Source: Mytilus edulis (lineage: Eukaryota). From it: a stretch of DNA of 64,000 nucleotides. The position numbers and the translations under genes were made by a program. Below are positions 12,140 to 24,041 of this stretch, one piece after another. Each line of letters begins with the position of its first letter. The first letter of the stretch is position 1. Under the pieces are notes generated by a model. That model was given only the letters and a program-made list of their open reading frames with translations. It did no database searches and was not told the DNA's origin. The stretch covers positions 59,892,001 through 59,956,000 of the forward strand of contig NC_092350.1 in NCBI RefSeq assembly GCF_963676685.1, read 5' to 3'.

Positions 12140-13927
12140 GATAATTGCTACAACATAGGAGGGAAATTAGCTGAACTAGAAACGAAAGAAGAGAACGATT
12201 TCATCAAGAATACATTAACTGTCAGGAACTCTGGCGCTGGTAGGTATAATATTTGTAGATATTAAAGAGATTTCTAGAAGTTTAACTAGAACGGAGATAT
12301 AATGTTCTTCGCAACAACAAAGAAGTCAGACAATATTAGAGAATTAACATGTCTGACATTACAATTCGAATTTACAGATCCTTATTCCATCTTTAGAGCA
12401 AAGCAAAGCTTATATCGTATTGTAAACTTGTATAAACGACACATGAGAACTTTTTGACATTACAATTCGAATTTACAGATCCTTATTCCATCTTTAGAGC
12501 AAAGCAAAGCTTATATCGTATTGTAAACTTGTATAGACGACACATGAGAACCTTTATAGACATAATGCAGCTCATGAAACAATTTGTTTGACAACGTCAA
12601 CAGGCTCCTGAATTGATTTGACACAAAACATGTAATGCATTAAGTTTTTCCTTTTATCATGTTCATAAAGTGTTCCCTTCAAATCAAAGCTTACCATATT
12701 GTCGATTCAAAACGAATAAACAGATCTTCTGAGTAGCATATGTGCATACACAAATTACATTTAAACACCTCGCCAACGCTGGCATAATATCAATCATGTC
12801 AATATACCCGATTTCAAAATATTTCATCTTATAGTAGCAAGGTTGTATAACGAGATCATAGGTTAAAACAATAGACAGAAATACGAATTACTCCTTAAAG
12901 TAAATGTTCGTCATGTATTTTGATAAATATGCAGTCATTCTTTTTTTTACATTTTTTCAAAAATGTTTGGTAAAAACATTGATTATGGTTTGCATTCGAT
13001 AATACCAGAGTGTGAAACATCCTTGCTACTATTTGGTTTTCATAAGAATTATATTTCAATAGGACGACCTGCAAATACAATCTTCGAAATCATGCTGAAA
13101 TTGCTTGTAACGTTTATTGAGAACATTGTGAAAGAAGCAAATTCAACTAACTCTAAAACAGTCGCATATCTGCTACTGGTATTTAGCTCTCATTAAACTG
13201 AAAGTTTACAAAGGAAAATACAAAAGTCGTTGATTTGGGTTATTCAACGACGTTAATTTGTAATGAGAACATTGTGAAAGAAGCAAATTCAACTAATTCT
13301 AAAACACTCACATATCTGCTACTGGTATTTAGCACCCATTAAACTGAAAGTTTACAAAGGAAAATACAAAAGTCGTTGATTTGAGTTATTCAACGACGAT
13401 AATTTGTAATGTATACATGTAGTTGCAAGTCAATATCTCAATCAGTCATGATTGTATTTTGAGAGTCCTTGAGTTAAAATACACTGTTATTCGGCGAAGT
13501 CTACGTGTTTGGCTTAACCGTTTATACATAAGTCAGTGAAAAGGAATAATATATAGAGCAAAACAAAATAGTAAAGAATCGACAGTGTAATTTGTCGATA
13601 ACATGAATAAGATAGTTCTCTTTTATTTCTAACCTGAAATGGAAATGTACAATTCGTAGTCTCTTGAGTATGCTACCTTTTACATATAATTATATTTTAT
13701 ATTTTTCAGCTGATGCATATTTTCTTGGAGGCTACAAGTTCAATCCAAGCGACGGTTTCAGATGGATAAGTACTCCAAGTCAATCATGGACATTTAAGGA
13801 TTTTGGGCCCGGTGAAGCAAGCAATCCTACTGAGATGTGTCTTGCATCCTTTGAGTCGATTGGTTTTCAATGGGCCGATGTGCCATGTGACTGGCTGAGG
13901 TCTTATATTTGCGAGTTTTCAGATTAA
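12140..13927 (+). CDS. C-type lectin paralog A (last two exons only; 5' exons not found in window)
   Basis: Exons 12140-12239 (DNCYNIGGKLAELETKEENDFIKNTLTVRNSGA) and 13710-13927 (ADAYFLGGYKFNPSDGFRWISTPSQSWTFKDFGPGEASNPTEMCLASFESIGFQWADVPCDWLRSYICEFSD*). Canonical AG/GT, phase-1 junction, four CTLD cysteines; closely similar to exons 3-4 of paralog B. Confidence 0.85.
12354..12551. repeat. Near-perfect tandem duplication, 101-bp period, 2 copies
   Basis: tgacattacaattcgaatttacagatcc...cacatgagaac at 12354 and 12455. Confidence 0.95.
13118..13411. repeat. Tandem duplication, 146-bp period, 2 copies
   Basis: tgagaacattgtgaaagaagcaaattcaac...ttattcaacgacg.taatttgtaatg at 13118 and 13264. Confidence 0.95.
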
Positions 13928-15439
13928 GATACACTGCATTCTTTTTGTCCAAAATGTTTTTATTCTTCCGATCAGGATGAGTTAAGGAAATTATTTTGTG
14001 ATTTCATTTCATATTTATTTTTTCACTGTAGGATTTGCATATCAAAAGTGTTGATTGTTTTGAAATATCTTGTTTTGATTTAAAAACAATTAGTAGAGTC
14101 ATCTGCTATCTGACTCATCTTTGATTTCCAACTATTCAGAAAACCTAAATACAAATTGAACATTCATGTTTAGTGACTGTATGCTCCTGCAGTGGTTTTC
14201 AATTTTAAATATTGACATGACACGGACAAGTCCTCGAGAACTGAATATATCCACCATCACATCGATGAATTGTAACACAATACAAGTTTGTTCTTCAATT
14301 TTGAAATGTTACTGTCTGTTCATTCTGTCACACAAATATAAAATACAATAAAAAAAATATGTGTTTGTATTTGTATTCATCTTTATGTCATTCATTATCA
14401 TATTCTTTCTATCAAAAGATAGTAACAAGCGCATTATAATTTCCAACGATGAAGATTTCATGCATATTTTTTTATCACACACATAACCCTCTTTATCTTT
14501 ATCTTCTTTTATAATTTTATTAAATTGATTGCTGCATGTGCAATTTCTCGACTTCAAGGCTACAAGTAAAACAATTAACACAGAAATGTATCAGATAAGG
14601 TCAGAGTTATGTCTCGTTGTATGATGAACAAGACAATGATTTAAAACTAAAATGAAGACATAATTTTCCAATTTCCATCGTAACGCCAAAGACTGACCTC
14701 AATAAACGGTGTTTTTGTCACATTTTGATATGGGTTCTTCTTTTGACACAATTACAGCGATACTAATTCTCGGGAGATAATGTTGTTTCCGTATTACTTT
14801 CGAGCCAAATATTTCGGAACTGAAAGTATTGACTTATTACTATTCGTATTTGCTCTCGACATAATCGAAAATATTTAAAACATCAAACAATTTATACAGA
14901 CATGATGTTTAATGGATATAACAATAGGAGCATGAGATCGCGACAAAAATAATCGACGACATAAAACTGGGGGGAAAAAACTAGTGTATTTAGGACAGCA
15001 ATATTCTCAACGGCATTAGTATTAAATGCCTTCAATTGCAAATCATGTGTACCAATGTGAGCATAGTACAATATCCAGCTATCATTATAATTTAAGTGTA
15101 ACAAGAAAATTTTCCACTGTGCAATATGTTGCGACGGTACTTATTTTCCGGTAAATAGGTTGGAGTGGAACTTTTTCATTGATTTCTCTGAACAGTGTTT
15201 GTTCAAAACTAATAAAAATTATATCACAGGAACGAATATTTCATTTTTTTATATCTTTTTAAATATTTAAACGAAATTCATGGAGCTGTGAATTTTGTTC
15301 CGGAACTTATTTCACATATGGTAAAAAAAGTAGTTACGGAACAAATTGTACAGTGCTGGACCATATTTTCTGTGAAAAATGTTTCCTATGACATTTGTTC
15401 CGGCGGAACAAATGTCAAGCTGGAACAATTTTTGTGTTT

Positions 15440-15860
15440 CATTTACATGTAGAAAATTATGTCATTACATGTTAGGATAACGTTGCAGTTTTCTCTATTA
15501 GAACATATCCATTATAATTGTTGACATAAATGTCCCGTTCTTGCCACTAAACTCATGATGGCCAGCACAAAACTTTCGACAAAAGAATTTAGCATCACCA
15601 TTAATGCTTCTTGGCTCATATCTTATGAAAATAGAAAAACTTACATTTTTCACATATCAATGATAGTAAAACAAACATACATGAAAAATAAATTCAATAA
15701 CATATACAGATAAACATGCATGTATACTAGACTAGTGACTAGAGAGACATTCGCTTAACATGTTTAAGTAAACTTACCATGTATATAAGATTTGAAATAT
15801 GTCTACGCTAGACGCGCTTTTCATTTTTTCATGTTTACATTTTTGGGTATATTATTTACA
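15440..15860 (+). repeat. Duplicated lectin 3'-flank block Y (paralogous to ~35148-35560)
   Basis: cattacatgttagga...ccattataattgttgacataaatgtcccgttcttgccactaaa...atgtctacgctagac...tttacatttttgggtatattat is shared with the flank of paralog B. Confidence 0.9.
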
Positions 15861-16269
15861 CATTTTATTTGTGTTGTGTCTAGGAACAAAAAATACACGT
15901 TTTAAAGTGTCTTTATTTTCATGTTGTGTACGCTTCGTTGTCATTACACCTTTTTATACTGTAAGCTTCGTTGACACATTATTGCGTGTATGAAATAATG
16001 CTTTGATATGATTATAACCAATATGCATTTTTAAAAAATAAATAATTTACCACCATAACATGCAGACAGCAACCCATAACATCCGTTGTATTGTCGAAAC
16101 ACTCTTGGAGGTATTTTGTACATGTAAAAAAAATCCTTATGTATACGAAAGTTGAATTGGTAGAAATACATTATCTCGACAGATGCAAATCTGACTAAGC
16201 ATACAGATACGCACGTCCGAATATCTAATTTGATAGCATTTTAGAAAATGTTTACCATACGACAGTCAA

Positions 16270-16582
16270 TGTACGGTTAGGGATGGGTTAGGTGCCCGCT
16301 AACATGTTTAATCCCGCCATATTCTGTATGTGCCTGTCTAAAGCCAGGAGCTTGTAATCAGTGGTTATATATATTTTTGTGTTCACTATTTTGTGCAAAA
16401 ATTAGGCTATTAGTTTTCTCTTATGAATTGTTTTACATTTGTCATTTCTGTATGATTTGTTAGCTGACTATGCCGTATGGGCTTTGTTCATTGTTGAAGG
16501 CCGTACGGGGACCTATAGTTGTTCATTTTTGTGTCGTTTGGTCTCTTACGAAGATTTGTTTCAATACCACATCTTCTTTTTG
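16270..16582 (+). repeat. R1 repeat copy
   Basis: aacatgtttaatcccgcc...ttgttgaaggccgtacggggacctatagttgtt...taccacatcttctttt. Confidence 0.7.
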
Positions 16583-17704
16583 ATGTAGACGGCAATCAAA
16601 AACAATTGATGGATTATAGGCTGTTTGCCTGAATCTCAGAGGCGGGTCCAAAGGGGTAATATATTACAATAGAGTTACATTAAGGCTAGAGAATTTGTGT
16701 ATACAATATTCATGAACATGTAACTTATAGCCGTCAATAGTAATACAGTTTCTTTAAGATGTTTAATGTAAAGATATAAAGATGAAGAGATACTTCTTAA
16801 TATTAACTGAATTGCTTTCTTCGATTATGTTTTTTCTTTGTTTGTTTAATTTTTAAGGTATACAGATTATGCTTAGTTTCCTCGAACATTACAGTCTTTC
16901 TACTGTGATGCCAAAATTTACATGATTAGTTATTCTGGTACTTTAAGCACCTTAAAGTCTATACCCACCCATATGCATTTCATTTAAATTTTGACTTATT
17001 TCGGAGAAGACCAAATGGACCATATTTTTATTCCCCAGTTACCTTTGGCGTCATCGGTAAATTATGCAATTGAGTAAAGCATCAATCATCAACCATCAAC
17101 CTAACCTTAGACATTTGCTTTGTTTCTTCTATCGTGTCTTAAAAGTTATCAATAAAAAATTGAAACGTTTCACAGTTGATACTTAACAATTTCTGGACCC
17201 CTTTATTTGTTAATGACATGCGTACGTAATAGCTGATTGTTGGCTGCTTAACGTTCAAGATAAGCACAAAGTAGCAACACATACTACATGTAGGGCCTGG
17301 AAGGAGGCCCTCCGAAATTACGTCAGGGAAGTTTGGACTGCCACTGGATAAAATGAGGTATATTGAATAAGGACACAAATGTTGCCTTTCAACCTTTTTG
17401 GACCTCTCAAAAAGTTTTTCAAGGCTTGGTAAAGTACACGAGACATTGGATCGTATATTCCCATTCGTCCTTTGTCGATATTTTATGTATACTTTTTAAT
17501 ATTAGTCAGACCGTACGCGTACGGTCCAGATACTCATACGGTCTGGAACATATTCACTGACTAATACTTTAGATACACGATTTACCTCTTAGTTTTTATT
17601 CGCTTTGAAATATCTATCAGTTACTACAATTACTCCTTTTTCGATATTTTATTTATATGGTTTTTGTGCCTTGTACCGACATTTTGAGTTGAGCCAATTG
17701 CAAC

Positions 17705-18098
17705 TGTACAGGTTTTTTTACGGTATTTTTATAAGTTGTGCTGTTACACCAGTGTCCCAGGTTAAAGAGAGGGTTGGGGGCTCACATGTTTAATCCCGCC
17801 GCATTTTTTTCGTGTCGTTCCTACGTCATGGGCCTGTATAACATAGGTTATATAGATCTGTCATATCTTTTTTTTTCTTTGATAAATAATTCATAGGTTA
17901 TAAATAAATAACCGTTAGTTTTCTCGTTTTTTTTTCACATTTTTTTTATATTGGTGTCTTATATAGCCGACTATACATTTATGGTATAGGTTTTCCTCAC
18001 TGTTAAATGTTGTACATTGGACTATAATAATTGCTTTATTCACCCACTTCATTTAAACTTTGGTGGAAAGTTGTATCACTGGCCATCACGCCACATCA
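17705..18098 (+). repeat. R1 repeat copy (diverged)
   Basis: acatgtttaatcccgccgcattt...ccgttagttttctcgttt...gccgactata...gtggaaagttgtatcactggccatcacgccacatc. Confidence 0.55.
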
Positions 18099-19649
18099 AC
18101 GAGCTCCTATGTCTGCTTTCGTCTATGCGAATTTGGACCAACATCAGCATTTGGAAGAGCCTCAAATTGTGAAAAGGAAGTCATTAATGTTTTAATGACT
18201 ATTCTATACTTTTTGAAACTTTATTTCCTCTGGAATATATTTATTAACTGTTCATTTCATCTGGAATAACGTTGAAAGTCCCAATTTTCAACAGAAACAT
18301 TCCTATCAGATGTACGCTGGTTAAACACTGCTTTTTTGGCTGTGGGTGACTGGTGATTTAAGTTCAACTATTTTGAATAATTTAACGGATAAACATTTAC
18401 AATAAAATACAGAAAAAAGGGTCGCCGACATCATCTCGAATACCTTGACATATAGAAAGTGATTTGTGACGGTTTTTGTCAACGAACTGTACAGTGATTT
18501 TTTTAAAACGCACAACGAACGCGACACATTTAGTGGAACAAACAATACAGTAAGAGAAAACTTAATTACTATGATATTGCGTTTATTCTTAGTTCTAGGG
18601 AACATTTGAAGGCACGTAGTAATTCAAAGTATAGTTATTTGTTATTGCTTAAGGTATTAATACGCAAAGGTGTATGCACGAAAAGAGATTCAGCATTGTT
18701 TATGTCATAAAACGTATGAAATTGCACAATGTCTGTGCGTTTTGCATCTAGCAGTTTTATCAAACGTTCTATACAATATCTAAAACTAACAACAATTGTA
18801 TAATTGAATAAATAAACTAGCATGCACATTGACATATTAATATATACTCAAATAAGTTCTAGAGAGGCATTCGAAATTGTTGTCATCCTTAATATTGTCC
18901 TGATGATCGCTTCGAACGCGTCAACGTCCGGTTTCATTTGTATTGGGGTTATACGGGGTGTTGTGAAAGTAATTTTAGTTGAAAGAATGGCCATTGGACC
19001 TCATGCTTTTTATTTCATTAATTTTTAATTTGATGCTAAAAATTGGTTTTATTAGTTTATCATTTGTTAATTATAAACTAGAAAATAACCGTGTAATGAT
19101 ATCAAATTTCATCTTAAAAAGAATAATTTTAATTGTACAACAATCACAAACATATATATTTATGAAGTGAACACATTTTCTCAAAGTAAAACAGATCTGC
19201 CAAATACATTTCAAGCTTGTGACTGTATTTTTTTTTCAATTTGACAATTGGTATAATAACATTTTGAAAAGGATCAGCATTTTTGAGAACAATTATAAAG
19301 TGGATTTGAGTGTATTGACGTATTGACATCAGTTTTGACACTAATTGGGTTAAAATAGTTAGCCACATTGGTAACTTACCGCTAATATTCCAGTAAAATA
19401 AGTGAATGACAATCATGAAATATTTTCAATCGTTTACATTCTTTTACATTTTTTAAAACGCAAATAAGACCAAGATTTAATGGACAATTCACCACTTTTA
19501 CCTTTCGTTCCCTAATAGTCTATTGGGGTTTATATGAATGCCTTACTGTGACATCATATGTGTAAAATATGTATTCAACAGTATTGTGTCCTGTTAATCA
19601 GTTTAAACCCTTGTCAGTTTTGTTTTAACTGCTTTATTGTTAAGATTAA

Positions 19650-20905
19650 GCAAAAAAAAAATGTATTTCACCCTATGATCTACTTTTTTCATCCGAGATG
19701 AATCAAATCACTAGATATAATTATCTATATTATTTTGATCATGCTGACTTATTTGTAGATCTTATTTAGCTGAAAATTTTTCTCATTTAAACTTTCTTTC
19801 TATCTACTATAATTTTAAGGATAATAACTCAAAACCTGTAAAATTTCCTAAAAAGATAACTATATCTGACATTTACCCCACACTAGGTTGTTCAATTAGC
19901 CTTAAAATTACATAGCAGATAGATCTTGACCTTTTCATCACTTTGACTCCCTGACACTTTTGCTCTTACTGATTTAATTTTTGAGAAAAAGGCCAAAAAC
20001 TGCATTTGACCCCTATGTTCTAATTTTAGCAATGGCGACCATGTTTGTTGATAGATCAAAACTTCGGATACAATTTATAAACTAAATACCCTAAGGAACA
20101 TTCAGTTAAAGTTTGGAAGTATTTGGCCTAGTAGTTTCAGAGGAGAAGATTCTTGAAAAACTGCATTTTACCCTGTATTCTATTTTTAGCCATGATGGCC
20201 ATGTTTTTTGACGAAATAGAGAATAAAACACAAACTTTATTGAGTAAACCCTACTGATCATTCAGTTGAAGTTTGTTTGAATTTGGTTGAGTAGTTTTAG
20301 AGGAGAAGATTTTTTAAAGTTAGCAAATATGATGAACAAATTGTGAAAAATTGTCATTAAAGGACAATAACCCCTTAAGGGGTCAATTGACAATTTTGGT
20401 CATGTTAACTTATTTGTAGATCTTACTTTGCTGATCATTTTTGCTGTTTACAGTTTATCTTTATCTATAATAATATTCAAGATAATGACCAAAAACTGCA
20501 AAATTTCCTTAAAATTACCAATTAAGTGGCAGCAACCCAACAATGGGTTGTTTGATTCATCTCAAAATTTCAGGGCTGATAGATCTTGACCTAATGAACA
20601 TTTTTACTACATGTCAGATTTGCTCTAAATGCTTTCGTGTTTGAGATATAAGCCAAACACTGCATTTGACCCCTATGTTCTATTTTTAGCAATGGCGACC
20701 ATGTTTGTTGATAGATCAAAACTTCGGATACAATTTATAAACTAAATACCCTAAGGAACATTCAGTTAAAGTTTGGAAGTATTTAGCCTAGTAGTTTCAG
20801 AGGAGAAGATTCTTGAAATAGTTTAAGACGACAGACGACGGACGACGACGGACGCCAAGTGATGGCATAAGCTCACTTGGCCCTTCGGGCCAGGTGAGCT
20901 AAAAA
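19650..20905 (+). mobile_element. Helentron-associated (HINE/pearl-like) non-autonomous element with internal tandem subunits
   Basis: Internal duplication (~19995-20158 matches ~20655-20818), GACG microsatellite (gacgacagacgacggacgacgacggacg), terminal hairpin AGCTCACTTGGCCC-TTC-GGGCCAGGTGAGCT followed by an A-run. Confidence 0.8.
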
Positions 20906-21236
20906 GGTTAATTAAACTCATAATTCAGCCTGCAACTGTTTTAATCTGTTTAATGTAGACGAAACTCGCAAAATTAAAGGCCTGATGTTTGAAAGATGTT
21001 TTTACATGCCAGTTCTAACGCACTTCAGTAGTAACGGTTTTGGGAGATACACTATATACGTCATCTGTTACTTTGATTTAGCAAAGCATTGAATTAATAT
21101 AAACATGATAAACTCATAGGAACTATAAAGTATGCATGCACTGTTGTAAAATTGATGCCGTTTCCTCTATCTTTGAACAATTGGCTGCAAAAAAATATCG
21201 AGTTTGTTTTGTTTGTAAAATACGTTTTATAATCAT
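20906..21236 (+). repeat. Duplicated lectin flank blocks Z (matches ~35680-35850) and X (matches ~34990-35140, the 3' UTR of paralog B)
   Basis: taattaaactcataattcagcct.caactgttt.aatctgtttaatgtagacgaaactcgca and aaacatgataaactcataggaac...gttttataatc are both shared with the downstream flank of paralog B. Confidence 0.9.
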
Positions 21237-21238
21237 AG

Positions 21239-24041
21239 ACAACGACATTCTATACCAGCATTTCAATCAGCCCGATCATTCCATCGTTTCTATGACAGTT
21301 CGCATTATCGAAAAGATATACCATAGCTCTAACAATCCTAATCTTTCAACGACTCTCCGTAGACAAAAAGAAGACTACTGGATTAGACAATTGGGAACTG
21401 CAACACCTTATGGCTGCAATGACAAAATTGATGGTATAGGTATTCTATCTAGTCCTTCGTGTAACTCGGTGAATGTGATGAATATTTTCAACTCGACTCC
21501 TCGACGTAGACGCAGTCATGGTCATCGTCATTATACATCACCTTCTCTGCATGATGTCTCTATTAATGACTTGCTGCCATTCATACAAAAGCCGTTAGGT
21601 ATTCATCACATTCGCACGAAACTTTATTCATTACCCCTTTCGACAATGTTCGAAACTTCATTCTCTGTTCAATTTATGTTTGGAATCCACTGTTACAAAC
21701 CCTCATTCAAACCAATACAAACTTGAAGCTATAATTTCGGATATTGCAAGTCACAGACTTTTCAAGCCAGTTCGCATTGGAAAAGATGAAAAAGAGAAAA
21801 GATCTTTTCTTAATCTTTCCTTTGCCAACAAAGGTCTCGATGGCGTCAACCTAGGCAATATCCTTCATCATAAATTAGTGCAATCGAAAATACCTCCTTA
21901 TTTCAAAGACCAGTCTGTACCAATAATTTCTTATACCTATACCAAACCTATTGCAACTAAAATTTTCAATTACAAACGCGTTTTGCAGGATCTCGATATT
22001 GACGACTTCAAGTCTAAACCTCCTGATTGCACTTGTGCTAGTTCCAAATTCACATATAATCCTGCTGGCCACGTTATTACCGGTGACCTTAACATTGTTA
22101 ATAACACTTCTCTACGAAATGTGTTATCGAGAGGTCCCAAATATCGTGAGCCTAAATCCATCAATTGGAAATACAACTTTAAAATTTTGATGGATTCAGT
22201 CGAGGATTATGCCAGGCAATGGGCTAAGCGCGAGAAGGAAGACGTAGACACTCTTTCCGAATGGATTAAGGCAGTGAGGTCGTTGATACAAATCAGAATT
22301 AAGAAACTGAATGGGTCCATCAATAACCATGCTACGTCAATCTTTAAAGACCCAAATGTTGTAAAACACCTATCCGACCTCCATGACAAATATGTTGTTG
22401 TCCCTGCAGATAAAGCCCCAAATAACATCGTGTTTGTGTGTAAAAGTCACTACATCAACTGCTTGATAAACGAATTAGGTATTGACAATTCACTTGGTAA
22501 CTCAACATATACCCTCACGACACTTACCAAAGAGGAAATACTGGATAATCATAGGTCTGTTCTATGTTCCTTTGGAATTTCAACCAAAGATGAAGAACTG
22601 GATCTTCCATCACTGTATTTGATACCTAAACTACATAAGTGTCCTTACAAACAACGGTATATTGCTGGGTCTTCCAAGTGCTCCACGAAACCTCTTTCTA
22701 AATTATTAACATCTATTTTATCAGCAATTAAAGACGGGCTTCAAAGTTATTGTGAAACTGCCTATTCTAGAGGTGGCGTGAATCAGATGTGGATACTTAA
22801 AAATTCAAAAGATCTTTTAGAGTACATACAATCTAATTCTCTTTCATCTTGTAACAGTATTAAAACATTTGACTTTTCTACCCTGTACACAAGTATTCCA
22901 CATTCCAAACTAAAAGACAAATTGAAAGAGTTGATATTACTTTGCTTCATAAAAAAGAATGGTCAACGTAGATACAAGTATCTTGTCTTAGGGAGGGATA
23001 AATCCTACTTTGTAAAGAATCACTCTGATTCAAACAAAAAATTCTCTGAAACTGATATTATCAAGATGCTTGATTTCTTGATTGACAACATATTTGTTAC
23101 GTTCGAAGGACGTGTTTTTCAACAGACTGTCGGCATTCCAATGGGAACAAACTGTGCCCCTCTACTCGCCGACTTGTTTCTTTATTATTATGAGGCTGAC
23201 TTCATGCAGGAACTTCTTAGGAAGAAAGATAAGAAGTTAGCAATATCCTTTAACTCTACTTTCCGCTATATAGATGATGTTCTTTCACTAAACAATTCAA
23301 AATTTGGTGACTATGTGGAACGCATCTATCCAATCGAACTAGAGATAAAGGATACTACAGATACAGTTAAGTCGGCTTCATATCTTGACTTACATCTAGA
23401 AATTGACAATGAGGGTCGGTTGAAAACAAAACTTTACGACAAAAGAGATGATTTCAGCTTTCCAATTGTGAACTTTCCATTTCTAAGTAGCAACATTCCA
23501 GCAGCCCCTGCATACGGGGTATATATCTCCCAATTGATACGATATTCCCGTGCTTGTATTTCCTATCATGATTTTCTTGATAGAGGTTTGCTGCTCACAA
23601 GGAAGCTATTAAACCAAGAGTTCCAAATGGTGAAGTTGAAATCATCCCTTCGTAAATTTTACGGACGCCATCACGAGTTGGTTGACCGTTATGGAATAAC
23701 CGTTTCACAAATGATATCGGATATGTTCCTTACGTCGTAACTACAATCCCCTTCCCTTTCATGAATATGACCTACCGAATTAGACTATTTACCGGATTTT
23801 TAATCACTTAAGCAACACGACGGGTGCCACATGTGGAGCAGGATCTGCTTACCCTTCCGGAGCACCTGAGATCACCCCTAGTTTTTGGTGGGGTTCGTGT
23901 TGTTTATTCTTTAGTTTTCTATGTTGTGTCGTGTGTACTATTGTTTTTCTGTTTGTCTTTTTTATTTTTAGCCATGGCGTTGTCAGTTTGTTTTAGATTT
24001 ATGAGTTTGACTGTCCCTTTGGTATCTTTCGTCCCTCTTTT
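21239..24041 (+). mobile_element. Penelope-like retroelement with N-terminal GIY-YIG endonuclease (Naiad-type), 5'-truncated
   Basis: The C-terminal half of a GIY-YIG domain (LYQHFNQPDHS...IIEKIY...RRQKEDYWIRQLGTATPYGCN) precedes a PLE-type RT, and no endonuclease follows the RT. A ~300-bp 3' UTR ends ggtatctttcgtccctctttt. Confidence 0.9.
21680..23740 (+). CDS. Penelope-like reverse transcriptase (open 686-aa part of an EN-RT ORF, frameshifted from the upstream GIY-YIG part)
   Basis: PADKAPNN, LYLIPKLHK, KTFDFSTLYT, QQTVGIPMGTNCAPLLADLFL, FRYIDD, YLDL, LYDKRDDF, GVYISQLIRYSRAC; CxC...H motif PDCTC..GHVITG. Joined to the upstream frame (21239-21643) if a 10-bp insertion at ~21644-21653 is removed. 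Confidence 0.92.
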   Translation: MESTVTNPHSNQYKLEAIISDIASHRLFKPVRIGKDEKEKRSFLNLSFANKGLDGVNLGNILHHKLVQSKIPPYFKDQSVPIISYTYTKPIATKIFNYKRVLQDLDIDDFKSKPPDCTCASSKFTYNPAGHVITGDLNIVNNTSLRNVLSRGPKYREPKSINWKYNFKILMDSVEDYARQWAKREKEDVDTLSEWIKAVRSLIQIRIKKLNGSINNHATSIFKDPNVVKHLSDLHDKYVVVPADKAPNNIVFVCKSHYINCLINELGIDNSLGNSTYTLTTLTKEEILDNHRSVLCSFGISTKDEELDLPSLYLIPKLHKCPYKQRYIAGSSKCSTKPLSKLLTSILSAIKDGLQSYCETAYSRGGVNQMWILKNSKDLLEYIQSNSLSSCNSIKTFDFSTLYTSIPHSKLKDKLKELILLCFIKKNGQRRYKYLVLGRDKSYFVKNHSDSNKKFSETDIIKMLDFLIDNIFVTFEGRVFQQTVGIPMGTNCAPLLADLFLYYYEADFMQELLRKKDKKLAISFNSTFRYIDDVLSLNNSKFGDYVERIYPIELEIKDTTDTVKSASYLDLHLEIDNEGRLKTKLYDKRDDFSFPIVNFPFLSSNIPAAPAYGVYISQLIRYSRACISYHDFLDRGLLLTRKLLNQEFQMVKLKSSLRKFYGRHHELVDRYGITVSQMISDMFLTS

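Noticed and set aside
17230-17460. Possible decayed SINE in reverse orientation
   Set aside because: Resembles a bivalve SINE from memory, but no A/B boxes, tail or second copy in the window support it.
21136-21238. N-terminus of the 196-aa ORF (MHCCKIDAV...) as part of the endonuclease
   Set aside because: This DNA is the duplicated lectin 3' UTR block X; it is only fortuitously in frame with the truncated retroelement.
21239-24041. Selenoprotein-type Naiad element (in-frame UGA + SECIS)
   Set aside because: No in-frame TGA in the visible reading frame and no SECIS that I could support; the truncated 5' part cannot be judged.
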